Position numbers and translations under genes: made by a program. DNA of 64,000 nt from Nitrosopumilaceae archaeon (GTDB lineage Archaea > Thermoproteota > Nitrososphaeria > Nitrososphaerales > Nitrosopumilaceae), in assembly GCA_965203465.1 (NCBI GenBank), contig CBDBCR010000003.1:384001-448000 (forward strand). The letters run 5' to 3'. Positions 31,401-38,154 of the stretch are shown piece after piece; the first letter of the stretch is position 1; every line of letters begins with the position of its first letter. The notes beneath the pieces were generated by a model. It was given only the letters and a program-made list of their open reading frames with translations. It did no database searches and was not told the origin of the DNA.

Positions 31401-34400
31401 GTCGCCGCTGAGGTTCAGCAGCAGCGTCGTCGAGCCCCCCGATATGTCCGAGCGCGACAAGACGGTCAGCGAGTTCCAGTCGCCGCCCGATATAGACCAG
31501 CCGCCGCCGCCCGAGGTGCCCGTCGCCGTGACGCGCTCGCTGAACGTGACCGTTATCTGGTCGAGGGCAGTGGCCTCCGCCGTGAAGGTGGGCGCGTCTG
31601 TTGTGGGCGCGGCGCTTATGGCCACGGTGGCCGACGAGAGGGTCAGCGCGGAGTCTGCCGCGTCTGCTATCGGGGCCTTTTCGGCGTCGTAGACCACCGA
31701 GGCGTCCGGCGAGAGGGACGGCAGGCGGCCCTGGAGGGTCAGCACTAGCGATTCGGTGGCAGAAGAGAGCGTGGTGGTCGAAAGCACCGTCAGCGGCAGG
31801 TCGTCCTGCACGGAGTCGGGCCCCGAGAGGCTCCACGCCCCGAGCAGCTGCTGCGCGGAGGCCCCGCTCTTTACCGGCTTTGTGAAGTCTATGCGGATAG
31901 CGCCCGGGTTCTGGGCCGAGGCCGACGAGATGGACGGCCGCACCTGGGACGGCTCGGATACGTCCCTGCCTGCAGAGGCCGCCGCTGACGGATCCGAGTC
32001 GGCGCCCCTCACGGCGCCCGCGTCCAGGTACAGGTGCGGATCGGACATGGCCACGATCGCGGCCGCCGATTCCTCCGAGAGGTGGAACTTTACGGAGTCG
32101 CCCCCTTCGGTGCCGGCCCTCAGCTCGGCCGGCGTCGGCGTGATCTGGCCTGCCGCATCCGAGTTGCCGGCCCCGTCGCGCACGTGGAACTTTGACGGGT
32201 CTGTCCGGGCGGCCCACAGCCCCTCCGAAAAGGTCACGGTCAGCGTGCCGCCGACGCTTCCGAATACGGGCGCCTCGGAAGAGTCGAGGGCGGGCCCCGT
32301 CCCGTCGGGGTTGCGCAGCGGCGCGCTCGCCTCCCCTATGCCGTAGCCGAACAGGTCAGTCACGGCGCTCAGGCCCCCGTCGAGCACCATCGCGAGCACC
32401 AGGTCCTTGTGGCTCCCCATGGCCGCAGCCTGCGCGGGCGTCAGCGTTATGGTGACCGCGTCGGAGTCCAAAGTGGTGGCTATGGACGCGTCCGGCGTGC
32501 CGTCGGTGCCGTCGTCCAGGTACGTCGGGTTGGCGCTGTCTCCCTGCCTGTAGAACAGCATCTGATCCAGGTCGAAGTTTTCCGGCTCTACCTTTACCTG
32601 TTCGGTGAACGTCAGCACGAGCGTGCCGGCGCTGCGCACGGCAGAGACCAGCTGCGGCGGCGTGCTGTCCCCGTACACCCGCGTGAACGCGTTGGCGCTA
32701 GATGCCTCCGAGCCGTGCCCGCCCTCCGAGCTGCGCACCGCGCCTGCCTCCAGATCCATGACGGGTATGTCGTTGAGGGACGCGATGCGCCGGCGGTCCG
32801 CCTCGTCCAGCTTTACCACCAGCGTCCTGTCGTCCGATCCGGTGACCAGGCTGGACGAAGATAGCGAGATCTTTTGGCCCGGCGCCTCCAGTTTGTACAC
32901 CTTGAACTTCGAAAGATCCACGCGGGAGGCCGGCGTGGCGTCCACCGCCTCGCTGAAAAAGATCCGCACCAGGCCGGGGCCCAGTTCCAGCACCGAATGC
33001 TGCAGCATCGGCGAGGTCGTCACGCGCTTTATCTCGATGTCGTCCCGCGCGGCGATGTCGTTACCGGCCTGGTCGTCGAACGCGCCCGCGGACACGTCCA
33101 ATTCCGGGTAGGGCGTCGATTCAAACGCGGCTGCAAACTCGGTCTTTTGCGCGTCCGAGAGCGATATCTGCATCTTGGTGTCGTCCGAGGCCGTGATCAG
33201 CTCGGCGCCAGACAGCCTGCCGTCGGCGTCGGCGCCCGCCTCCGAGTTCACCGCCAGTCGATCGAGGAACACGTGGGCGGATCCCGTGCGCACGAGCTCG
33301 TCGAATGTTATCTCCAGTATGCCCCTGTCCGGGTTGAAGCCGACCTCCCGTATGGCCGGCTTTTTTGTGTCGGCGACGGTGCCCAGCCGTATTATCTGCA
33401 CGCCGCTGTCCCCGAACGAGGCCACGGCGCCGTAGGCCGTAGTTCCCGACACGAACGTGTCGATGCCGCGCGGATCGGCCAGCCTGACGTCGTCGGCGTC
33501 GGTGTCTTCTACGTATCCGCGCTGCGCTATGTAGTGCGGGGCGGTGATCTCAAAGATGCTCGCCCCGCGGCAATGGTGGCCGGTGTTTGATAAAGTCCCG
33601 TTGCACGTGAGCGCCGCGTACGCCTTTTCCCCCAGGTGGTACGTATCGACGCTGTACGCAGACGCCGCCCGGGCGCGCGTGTCCCCGGGCTGCCGCGTGT
33701 AGTAGTGCGTCGAGATTCCGTTTGTAAAACTGGGAGAAGAGGGATCCGAAACGTCCAAGAGGAACAGGCGCCCAATAGCCTCGGGAACCGCCACTGCCAC
33801 GTACGTCTTTTCGGCGTTGCCAGTGTGGGAGTTGTTTATGTTGATCGTGCTCAGGCCTCGCACTTTTTGCAGCAGATAGTTAGTGTACGAGCTTGCCCTC
33901 TCCGGAAGTGCGGGGTTCGTGATGTCTATGATCTGCAGGCCGCCGAGGCCATCGCCTCTGCCTTGGACGGCGCTCACTACGGCGTACGTCTTTGAGCCGA
34001 TCTTGAACGTTTCCACGTCGAACGGCCGTGTCAACATGTCGAATGGGGCGCGTTTGCTATCGGCAGAATCGCGCTCTATCCACGAGACCGGCTTTGGGCT
34101 TACGGGGTTTGTGACATCCACTATGGAGACGCCTTCCTTTGAGACGTTTTTCAGTTCGTAGTTTGACGCGATCACGGCGTACGTGCGGCCGCCGATCTCG
34201 GTCGTGTCGACCCCGATGGGCCCGGTCAGGTTGAACTTGTCCGGGCCGTCGTAGGCGGGATCGCTGTCGCTGTAGGGCTGCCCGCCCAAGATGCCGGCCG
34301 CGCGCCGCGGATTCTCCGGGTTCGTCACGTCCAGTATCATGAACGCGCCGAGCCCCTCGCGCTTGGTCGCCGACTCGTACCCGTACTCGCCCTGCGCGGT

Positions 34401-37400
34401 GACGATGGCGTACGTGCGGCCGCCCCGCTCGAATATGTCGATGTCCCCCACGCCCTTTAGCAGATCGAACTGCGTGTTGTCCGTGTCCACCAGGCCGGCC
34501 ACCGGGCGCGGGCGCTCCGGGTTAGTCACGTCGATTATCTGCACGCCGCCGCCATCTCCGACTATGCGCCCGGCGTCCTCGTCGAGCGCCTCCTTGTACG
34601 AGCCGGCGAACACGTACGTCCTGCCGTTTATCTGCGCCACCGTGGAGCTTCGCGGCGAGCCTAGCGCAAAGTAGCCGCCCGAGTCGTCCGTGATGGCGTC
34701 TACTACCGTCAGCGTGGAGCCGCGCCGCGACAGATCCATCTGCACCAGCTGGATGCCGTCGTCGAACATCCCCGTCACTACAGAATACAGCTTGCCGCCT
34801 ATCACCGCCGTGTCCGCCGATGTGGCTCCGCCCAGCGCGTTGTACCGAGACGCGGTCGAGCACCGCTCGCCGTCGCGGCCGTTGCCAGCGGGCACCGGGC
34901 GCGCCGGATCCGTAATGTCTACCAGCTGGAACCCGCCGCCCCCACGATCCTCGTCGTAGCCGGTCGCCGTGATCATGGCGTACGTCTTGTCGGCGCCGGC
35001 CACGGTCCTGGAGAAGGTGTGCACGCCGGTGGCCCCGTCGAGCGTCGAGAACCGGCCCTGCCCCCGCCCCGGCGCGTCCGAGCGCGAAGACGTAGCCTGC
35101 GGCGAGGCCGGATCCGAAAGGTCGATTATCTGGAAGCCGTCGTCGTCGTAGGAGGCCACGATCGCGTACACTTTTGCGCCGACCGTGACCGTCTCTATTC
35201 CGGTCGCCCCGTCCAGCTCCGCAAACGTCCTGTCGCCCGGGTCGAGGTCCCCGTCCAGCACGGCCTTGACCGCCAGCGGATCCTCCGGATTCGAGACGTC
35301 TATTATCTGCACGCCGTCGGAGACCTCGGCCGCTATGGCCGCGTACGTTTTCGTGGCGCCGTTCTTCGTTACGGCGAACGTGTCCACAGAAGCTGCCCCC
35401 TCCAGCGCCGCGAATGCCGTGCCTGCCGAATCCTGGCCGCGCCGCGTGAACGGATCCCCGGAGGCGTCTACCGACAGCAGTTTGCTGTCGCCGTCGTTGG
35501 GCGTCTGCCTCTCCGATATGGGGCTGCGGAATATGCTCCCTTTGGAATAGCCGTACCCGAAGGACGCCTCGAGCCAGTCGTCGGACTTGAGGCCGGGGGT
35601 GTCGTTGTCGTTCATCACCAAAAGCCTGCTGGGCGCCGTCTCGATTCTGTCTATCTGGACCGGATGCCCGTTGGCGTCGGTGGTTCTGGCGTTGCCCCGG
35701 CTGTCCGTGAGCGACTTCCAAGCGGTCGCGCGGTTTGCAGGATCCGCCCAGTCGGATCCCTTGTCCACTACCAGCACCCACGTGTTTATGGAGACCCCGC
35801 CCAGCGGCACCTCGAACTTGGTGTCGTATCCCCGGATGGGCTCGCTCCTCGTCACCGGGATCGGATCCCCTGCACTGTCAAAGTAGGCGAACGGATCGAA
35901 CGTGGCCTGGCCGTACCCTCCCCTGCCCTGCGCGTAGAGCACCTCCCTGCCCTGCGAGTCGGTCTGCTTTTGCTGGTTGGAATACACGGACCTGAAGTTG
36001 GGCGCAGAGGCGGTCCCGTCGGCCGCCACGTTTTCGTTGAACTCCATTATCAGGAATCCGCCCGGGAACAGCGTCGTCTTGCCCGCGTCCGAGGCCACTA
36101 TGACGTAGTGCTTCGAGTTGACGGTAAAGTAGTCCAGATCTTTGGCGCCGCGCAGCTGCGAAAAGGCTCCCCCTGCCGGATCCAGCGCGTCGTGCCTTAC
36201 GGTCCTGACCTTTTGAATGTCGGTTATGTTCGTTATGTCGAATATGTCGACGGCGCCGCTGCGGTGAGTCGCGACCAAGGCGAACTTTTTGGAGCCCACA
36301 TCGGCGATTTCCATGTCGTACGGTACGCCAGAGGTGGCGTGGGAGGACACGGGCGCGGAGTTGTGCGGATCGCCGATGTCTATGAGCTGCAGGCCGTCCT
36401 CGGAGCCCGAAGCCACCAAGGCGTACGTCTTTCCGCCCTGCTCTAGCAGCTTTACGTCGCGCGGCCCTCCCAGCGTGGTGAATATGCCCTGCCCGTCGTG
36501 CGCCGAAGAGATTGCACTCGGGTTGCCCTGTGAGACGATGGTGTTGAGTGTGAATTCCACGTAAGCCGACGCTTGCGTGACCGTGTTCTTTGTGGATACG
36601 GCCCGTATGCTGTTGGGGCCGGCCTTCAGCACCACATCGATGCTCCACGCGCCGGTGGTCGCATGCGCGCTGCCGGTCGCCAGCGCCACGCTCCCGTCGC
36701 CGTCACGGTACAGACTCACCGAAGAAGCGGCGGGGGCCGTGCCCCGTATGGTCTGCGTGGCCGCCGTGAACGTGCCCGGCTGAGTGGTGATCACCGTGCC
36801 GGGCGGATCGTACCTTATCGTGACGGCGGCCGAAGCTGGCGACGTGTTGCCCGACCTGTCCGTCGCCTTCGCCGTTATGGCGTTGTCTCCGGGGGCGAGG
36901 CGCACCGTCTTTGACCACGCGCCGGCCGCATCTGCCATGACCGTGCCGCGCACGGCCTCGCCGCCGATGTACACGGCCATCCTGGAGTTGGCCTCGGCCG
37001 TCCCCTTCACGTCGAGGTACGGCGTGGTCTGGAGGCTGGCCGCGTTGGTGACGGCGGGCGCGGGCGGCGCGATGCGGTCGAGGACGCGAACCGTGCCGCC
37101 CGGCTCGTTGCCGGCAGAATCGGCCAAGTCGCCCGGGCCCCGGTTGTACGTGAGCAGCAGGTCGGGGTTGCGGTTCGCCAGGTTGGCCGATATAGTCAGG
37201 GCCGTCGGGGCGTTCCCCTGCGACGAGATCGTCCGCGTGCCGGCGTCGCTGCCGGACAGCGTCCATGTGCCCGTCGCGTCGCCGCCCATGCGGATGATCT
37301 CGCTGAACGTCAGTGTTATGCTGTCGAGCGAGGTCGCGCGCGCCGTGAACGTGGGGCCGATGCCGTCCGATACAGGTATGCCGGAGCTGTCGGCCAGCTT

Positions 37401-37835
37401 GTTGCCCGCAAGATCCGCGATGTCGCCGGCCGGAATCAGGTTGGGGCCGCACTCGTACTGCGCGAATATGCCCCACCTGGCCGTGTCGCGGATGCACCCC
37501 GCGCCGGTCGTCGAATATGCGACTGTTATGCCGTCCGGCGTCGTGTCCGGCAGGTTTCCGTTGAGCGTAAAGACGACGGTGTCGGTCCCGGAATTCAGAT
37601 TCAGTGAAGTTCCGATGGATATGCGCAGCGTGCCCAGATCCCCGCCGGCCGCGCTCCACCCGGTGCGCGCGTTCTGTGCGGTCTTGACCGGCTCGCTGAA
37701 CTTTACCGTGATCTCGTTGGGGGCAGTAGCCGTCGCGCTGAGTATGGTGGGCGTAGTGGCCTCTGCCAGCGGAACCGCGAGCGCGAGGGCGGCAGATACG
37801 GCGATCGCCGCTACCAGTCGGCTAGGCGTGCCCAA
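19431..37835 (-). CDS. Giant secreted surface protein (6134 aa): LVIVD-like beta-propellers, Ig-like stalk repeats, conserved C-terminal CxxCTPPTLG domain
   Basis: Signal peptide (..PLAEA|TTP); about 14 KTYAxV...GxQIIDxxxP blades (~33.4-36.5 kb); dozens of ITVTFSE...DxxGN...DGIAP modules. Confidence 0.92.
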   Translation of the reverse strand: MGTPSRLVAAIAVSAALALAVPLAEATTPTILSATATAPNEITVKFSEPVKTAQNARTGWSAAGGDLGTLRISIGTSLNLNSGTDTVVFTLNGNLPDTTPDGITVAYSTTGAGCIRDTARWGIFAQYECGPNLIPAGDIADLAGNKLADSSGIPVSDGIGPTFTARATSLDSITLTFSEIIRMGGDATGTWTLSGSDAGTRTISSQGNAPTALTISANLANRNPDLLLTYNRGPGDLADSAGNEPGGTVRVLDRIAPPAPAVTNAASLQTTPYLDVKGTAEANSRMAVYIGGEAVRGTVMADAAGAWSKTVRLAPGDNAITAKATDRSGNTSPASAAVTIRYDPPGTVITTQPGTFTAATQTIRGTAPAASSVSLYRDGDGSVALATGSAHATTGAWSIDVVLKAGPNSIRAVSTKNTVTQASAYVEFTLNTIVSQGNPSAISSAHDGQGIFTTLGGPRDVKLLEQGGKTYALVASGSEDGLQLIDIGDPHNSAPVSSHATSGVPYDMEIADVGSKKFALVATHRSGAVDIFDITNITDIQKVRTVRHDALDPAGGAFSQLRGAKDLDYFTVNSKHYVIVASDAGKTTLFPGGFLIMEFNENVAADGTASAPNFRSVYSNQQKQTDSQGREVLYAQGRGGYGQATFDPFAYFDSAGDPIPVTRSEPIRGYDTKFEVPLGGVSINTWVLVVDKGSDWADPANRATAWKSLTDSRGNARTTDANGHPVQIDRIETAPSRLLVMNDNDTPGLKSDDWLEASFGYGYSKGSIFRSPISERQTPNDGDSKLLSVDASGDPFTRRGQDSAGTAFAALEGAASVDTFAVTKNGATKTYAAIAAEVSDGVQIIDVSNPEDPLAVKAVLDGDLDPGDRTFAELDGATGIETVTVGAKVYAIVASYDDDGFQIIDLSDPASPQATSSRSDAPGRGQGRFSTLDGATGVHTFSRTVAGADKTYAMITATGYDEDRGGGGFQLVDITDPARPVPAGNGRDGERCSTASRYNALGGATSADTAVIGGKLYSVVTGMFDDGIQLVQMDLSRRGSTLTVVDAITDDSGGYFALGSPRSSTVAQINGRTYVFAGSYKEALDEDAGRIVGDGGGVQIIDVTNPERPRPVAGLVDTDNTQFDLLKGVGDIDIFERGGRTYAIVTAQGEYGYESATKREGLGAFMILDVTNPENPRRAAGILGGQPYSDSDPAYDGPDKFNLTGPIGVDTTEIGGRTYAVIASNYELKNVSKEGVSIVDVTNPVSPKPVSWIERDSADSKRAPFDMLTRPFDVETFKIGSKTYAVVSAVQGRGDGLGGLQIIDITNPALPERASSYTNYLLQKVRGLSTININNSHTGNAEKTYVAVAVPEAIGRLFLLDVSDPSSPSFTNGISTHYYTRQPGDTRARAASAYSVDTYHLGEKAYAALTCNGTLSNTGHHCRGASIFEITAPHYIAQRGYVEDTDADDVRLADPRGIDTFVSGTTAYGAVASFGDSGVQIIRLGTVADTKKPAIREVGFNPDRGILEITFDELVRTGSAHVFLDRLAVNSEAGADADGRLSGAELITASDDTKMQISLSDAQKTEFAAAFESTPYPELDVSAGAFDDQAGNDIAARDDIEIKRVTTSPMLQHSVLELGPGLVRIFFSEAVDATPASRVDLSKFKVYKLEAPGQKISLSSSSLVTGSDDRTLVVKLDEADRRRIASLNDIPVMDLEAGAVRSSEGGHGSEASSANAFTRVYGDSTPPQLVSAVRSAGTLVLTFTEQVKVEPENFDLDQMLFYRQGDSANPTYLDDGTDGTPDASIATTLDSDAVTITLTPAQAAAMGSHKDLVLAMVLDGGLSAVTDLFGYGIGEASAPLRNPDGTGPALDSSEAPVFGSVGGTLTVTFSEGLWAARTDPSKFHVRDGAGNSDAAGQITPTPAELRAGTEGGDSVKFHLSEESAAAIVAMSDPHLYLDAGAVRGADSDPSAAASAGRDVSEPSQVRPSISSASAQNPGAIRIDFTKPVKSGASAQQLLGAWSLSGPDSVQDDLPLTVLSTTTLSSATESLVLTLQGRLPSLSPDASVVYDAEKAPIADAADSALTLSSATVAISAAPTTDAPTFTAEATALDQITVTFSERVTATGTSGGGGWSISGGDWNSLTVLSRSDISGGSTTLLLNLSGDLPDTKPDGVLLGYDPAGGDVEDGDGNEVSGGQIPVSDGIAPEVSAEYVSRNSVVLTFGEPVKLSSAGAPTGWTVSGADRGAATGAGAGQGDIAPLTDQVSASSATLTLNGNLADKTVLDFTLSYSNGNIVDAAGNALGPYSEKPSDGIRPEIESAVAGTLNSITVVFSEPVLATSTAPSETWTLGGSGRPASVAVNDNPPIPTAATRTTLGLSGNLNDPLGTVTLAYDGGTGDVRDESGNDLASYTALVVLDMPPSVSSARVDGPDRVVIQYSEPVTAAQSDYPSLAVGGQARTVSGLLGGTTATHTISFRGGDPFGTDATGSVSINAPNITDATGNALGAGVIQQPLSDGQSPTVSAEYTARNSVALTFSEPVRLSSGSVPAGWTVSGTDKGAATGASSVSVITTSVTSTSATLTLNGNLADKTLLDFTLSYSGGNIEDDDGNALAPYSATPDDGIAPTVSSAKYTSRNMVDLEFSEPVRLSSGGAPTDWTVSGTDKGAATAASSVSVITTSVTSTSTTLTLDGNLADKTVLDFTLAYAATGNIEDQSGNALAAYSATPDDGIAPKITSAKVTGPNQITIAYSEIVSSFGTNYQTITVDGAARGQSGSLAGSLATVTIDFDGPAAGTDAVGSIRIDSTQIDDLAGNVLGTQTELPVVLTDGQSPTITSAEATAKNKITVEFSEDIASYGTNAQGWSISGGDAAGRTVASGSGSGSSLVLTLSSDLDDTKPDGVLLRYKTSSGDVGSDASSGSGVLADSASNAVAARSSILVSDGVSPEVSSSKYTARNSVELTFSEPVRLSSAGAPTGWSASGADVPATTAGSAISVLTTSATATSATLTLDNNLADKTSLDFTLSYDEAAGNIEDESDNALARYSEKPDDGLAPRITSAKATGLDEITVTFSENMNISDTTAQGWSVSGTDATGRTVDSSTAVSNGDTVVLTLGSDMEDTKPDGVLLQYKTSPGDVGSDPGSGSGAIADPSSNALAARQSIPVSDGIAPTATAEATALDRITVTFSEPVSVPANAQGWSISGTDAAGLDVTASTSTSSGLSTVLTLSGNLADTNPDNAVLRYKTSAGNVGSDADSGSGAIEDPDSNALAARQNMPVSDGLAPTASFALTDDRAITVSFSEPVSSPDNDASYWTLSGADAAGLAISSVSSLTSAAGSMTVALDGDVPAPSTDLKLAYSAGGTIQDGANLALAAVPATAVSDDRRPSILSATAVNPAATGPSTIVVVFTRDASSSNTPAQIAAAWSVSGTDATVNGSALSVSGASSLSVSTKTLTLTLDGRLPDTRPDLDIAYDSTPASGTAVSITDANSRAMADASVAVADGIAPAVEKAEITGPTTITITYSEAVTAGQTAYSPATVDNQFRQISNVSGSGTAVHTLTFTNPAGTGATGSVNIAEAEIADASGNAMTRTTGALTQPLADGQKPTITSAKATKLNEITVTFSENVKATGTAGTGGWSISGGDWNSRVVDTRTGISSTASDTLVLTLDGNLTDTKPEGVKLAYDSSSGDVADDAGTANELDSATNIDVSDGVKPEIESAKVTGPRQITIAYSETVTHNLAHYNNINVGGGRFASGFAGANTDTAVLSFAGSNTGTDATGTVQINFGAIRDGSNNALGSGHVTQTLTDGQAPTFTAKATELDKITVTFSENLSILDTTAQGWSVSGTDAAGRTVDSSTAVSNGRSVVLTLSSDMEDTKPDGVVLRYKTSSGDVTGDANSGSGAIADPASNALEAKQSTAVSDGIKPEIESAKVTGPGQFTITYSEAVTASQSHYGSASVGGQTATISSISGQTTATHVVSFTAPNPVGTGAEGSVQIDSTQVKDGSNNALGTSTALSQDLKDGQNPSVASATVADRRTIQVAFSESVRLSGAGTAPFGWAISGTDANSAEVDSISDISESVSGTSATLTLDRDIADTTSPSVTVAYSGGNIEDTSDNDLAAYAAAAADDGIAPRIESAAATSLTTVEVAFSEPVSVPANAQGWSISGTDAAGLDVTASTATSSGLSTVLTLSGNLADTNPDNAVLLYKTSPGNVGSDASSGSGDIADLASNALEARASIPVSDGIAPTASFALTDDSTITVSFSEAVSSSSNAASNWAVSGTDAAGRAISSVSAIAGSAMTIQLGGAALPVPFTDLKLAYDGGGAITDGASLVLAAVPAAQVSDERRPAVTSAEATGPRTIVVTFSRDVSSSASAQDLLSAWSVSGGDADSPARLRVSGLSPLGSETRSMTVTLDGDLPDTKPDGVVLAFDATPSPGTTVEISDSSSRSLADASVTVSDGIAPEVESAEATGPRTIVATFSEGVKLSGAGTAPFGWAISGTDANSAEVASIQGISESVSGTSATLNLDRDIAGTTSPSITVAYSGGNIEDASGNDLAAYAATAADDGIAPTVTSVTATSRNTIAVAFSEPVRLDPAGAPTGWTLSGTDAASRAVSTIAFGSPASTATLTLDGDIADKTNPAVTVAYSGGNIEDASGNDLAAYAAAADDGIAPTFTARATALDKIAVTFSESVTATGTAGAGWSISGGDWNSRTVLSSSDISSGSTSLVLTLSGDLVDTKPDGVVLRYDPAAGDAADAAGNETSGTAAVSDGIEPTIASAESREADKITVTFSEPVSGTATAPGTTWTLSGAGAGGRTVTVYGAFSGTSVELTVSSAFPDPIGAVTLTYASPPGDIKDDADLALAGAGEAVTQNLAPFISSAEATSLNAITVTFSEAVRGTATNPSDTWKLGGADAGTITVSRYPAPSGTSLVLGLSGNLPDTDPDLSLQYVRAAGDVEDLTGTPLESTQSPHVAVSDGLAPALSSAALNEGTGVLTLTFTETVDVSEMNESSISIREQGASSGGVALSASVRTTAADSATVSFELSEQDRQAVIAMTTPQLDLGTGAASDSSSNSSSAASDRPIAAEPDTVRPQLQSASLDEGAGTIVLTFDEKMATPTAAQAARVEIGTSGANIVFAEADITSAVLDSAGTTATMTVSEAKRQEIIAAEPADIDLLSGGLRDVSGTEASSSGTALTATPDTTRPALASAVLNTDDGVLVLSFSETMDASSFAGELAKVSVNTPGDPVRLAGTARADGTNVIVTLEPAVLRSLLAVISAAPNAGAPGLLSLAVPGAAPQFADTSGNAVTAVSGNILIEDGRPPSMVSASVTSSDTIVVRFSEDLADGTVQTSDFSVPGYDVSSVSELSGTVTITMANPDTFTMRDAPGVRTAGPVSDLFGNTLEPGARIQSVNAIMPVMISQFTVSHDGPAKAGDRIQITFRAQGTVAMDAALRVNGQAVATVSAENGFDATYTVPAGAPQGPLKLYVEIVSGTGTPTEFSERDLTGPNAVVDTVPPSVVYASIAGIDSVTVIYSEPVTASASDYAGIEADGASPVPASGVLGSGSKSILVSWSGGGATPSSVRLTAGAVTDAAGNAAAPSQVTAAAARTEVTLEEPGIPLARGTVVGTVTAPSGIEPVVDVSSFTGTVTDPAVIGAGGGSAVFESELRIVTRTFGLPDATFPAGTQAGGLGPLASGGAAFGEAIAISSSSSTAHLSEDQREAYPLLFDGITTTVQVGHPGRDIIFDRPVLLEFDIPLRGALVFSVGTLGVPLPIPACDPSWDTSALPVGQSVPEGWPPGTYDTNACVDEDSDSVWTGHFSLFGVSQPPPRGGSECDDCTPPTLGYDQYGAKLVDAGFAYNGLASDVEYFFTPYPLIESEVGRENTVVLRIYENEGPQNVSHAALAFGLRSGEVISESRAVINYDISFDGTGEVSAIDPDGAIDLDTLAAEHETVQCSPGSELECLQVTIKHAFRAPLEFDIVGTDVWDSQRNSWQNYYNHGIKISGEPLDGRPGIEVNGGELVLHPISPDSTNRDVMISSDGHLFKLSPEGRYEPLSNQSRLYHDIDESMYFADGVPMQGYDREDPEFRDRLYEQVAQAQRVLDSMMPAPEAEDSVSAPAPPDRQAEEERLRAAVAAEQERARLLFEVLFGYLEINGQN

Positions 37836-37841
37836 GCGCTA

Positions 37842-37854
37842 CCCCCCCCCCCCC
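37842..37854 (-). repeat. G13 homopolymer ending 6 nt upstream of the giant gene's TTG start
   Basis: C13 on the + strand. Confidence 0.9.
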
Positions 37855-37949
37855 GGAGCGGCCCGCTGCATGCGGGTGCCGAAGCTCGGGCTGGAGCGCG
37901 CCCGCTCCCGCGTCATGCCTGCTCATCTAGTGGACGGATTTGTCTGCGG

Positions 37950-37957
37950 TATTTAAA
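37950..37957 (-). promoter_or_regulatory. Putative TATA box (TTTAAATA) upstream of the 6134-aa gene
   Basis: AT-rich octamer in a GC-rich intergenic region, 23 nt before an ATG at 37926. Confidence 0.5.
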
Positions 37958-37999
37958 CGAAAAGCGGGCTTCGAGGCGCGGCCAAGCGGGCGGGCCCGG

Positions 38000-38080
38000 C
38001 TACTTCCACGGCAGCAGGTAGTTTATGCCGTACCAGACGAGGCCGCCGGAGAGCGCCATGCCGAGCCACCAGTACCTCAC
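38000..38080 (-). CDS. Putative 26-aa membrane microprotein MRYWWLGMALSGGLVWYGINYLLPWK
   Basis: GTG start about 25 nt after TTTATT; single hydrophobic, Trp-rich helix. Confidence 0.55.
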   Translation of the reverse strand: MRYWWLGMALSGGLVWYGINYLLPWK

Positions 38081-38154
38081 GGGGCGGGGCGGGGCGGGCG
38101 CGCTAATAAACCTAGGCGCATGACGTTTATTCCGGCCGGCCCGGCGCGCCGGAG

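Noticed and set aside
37839-37841. In-frame TAG as a possible pyrrolysine/readthrough codon
   Set aside because: No pyl genes in the window, and the TTG start already gives a complete signal peptide.
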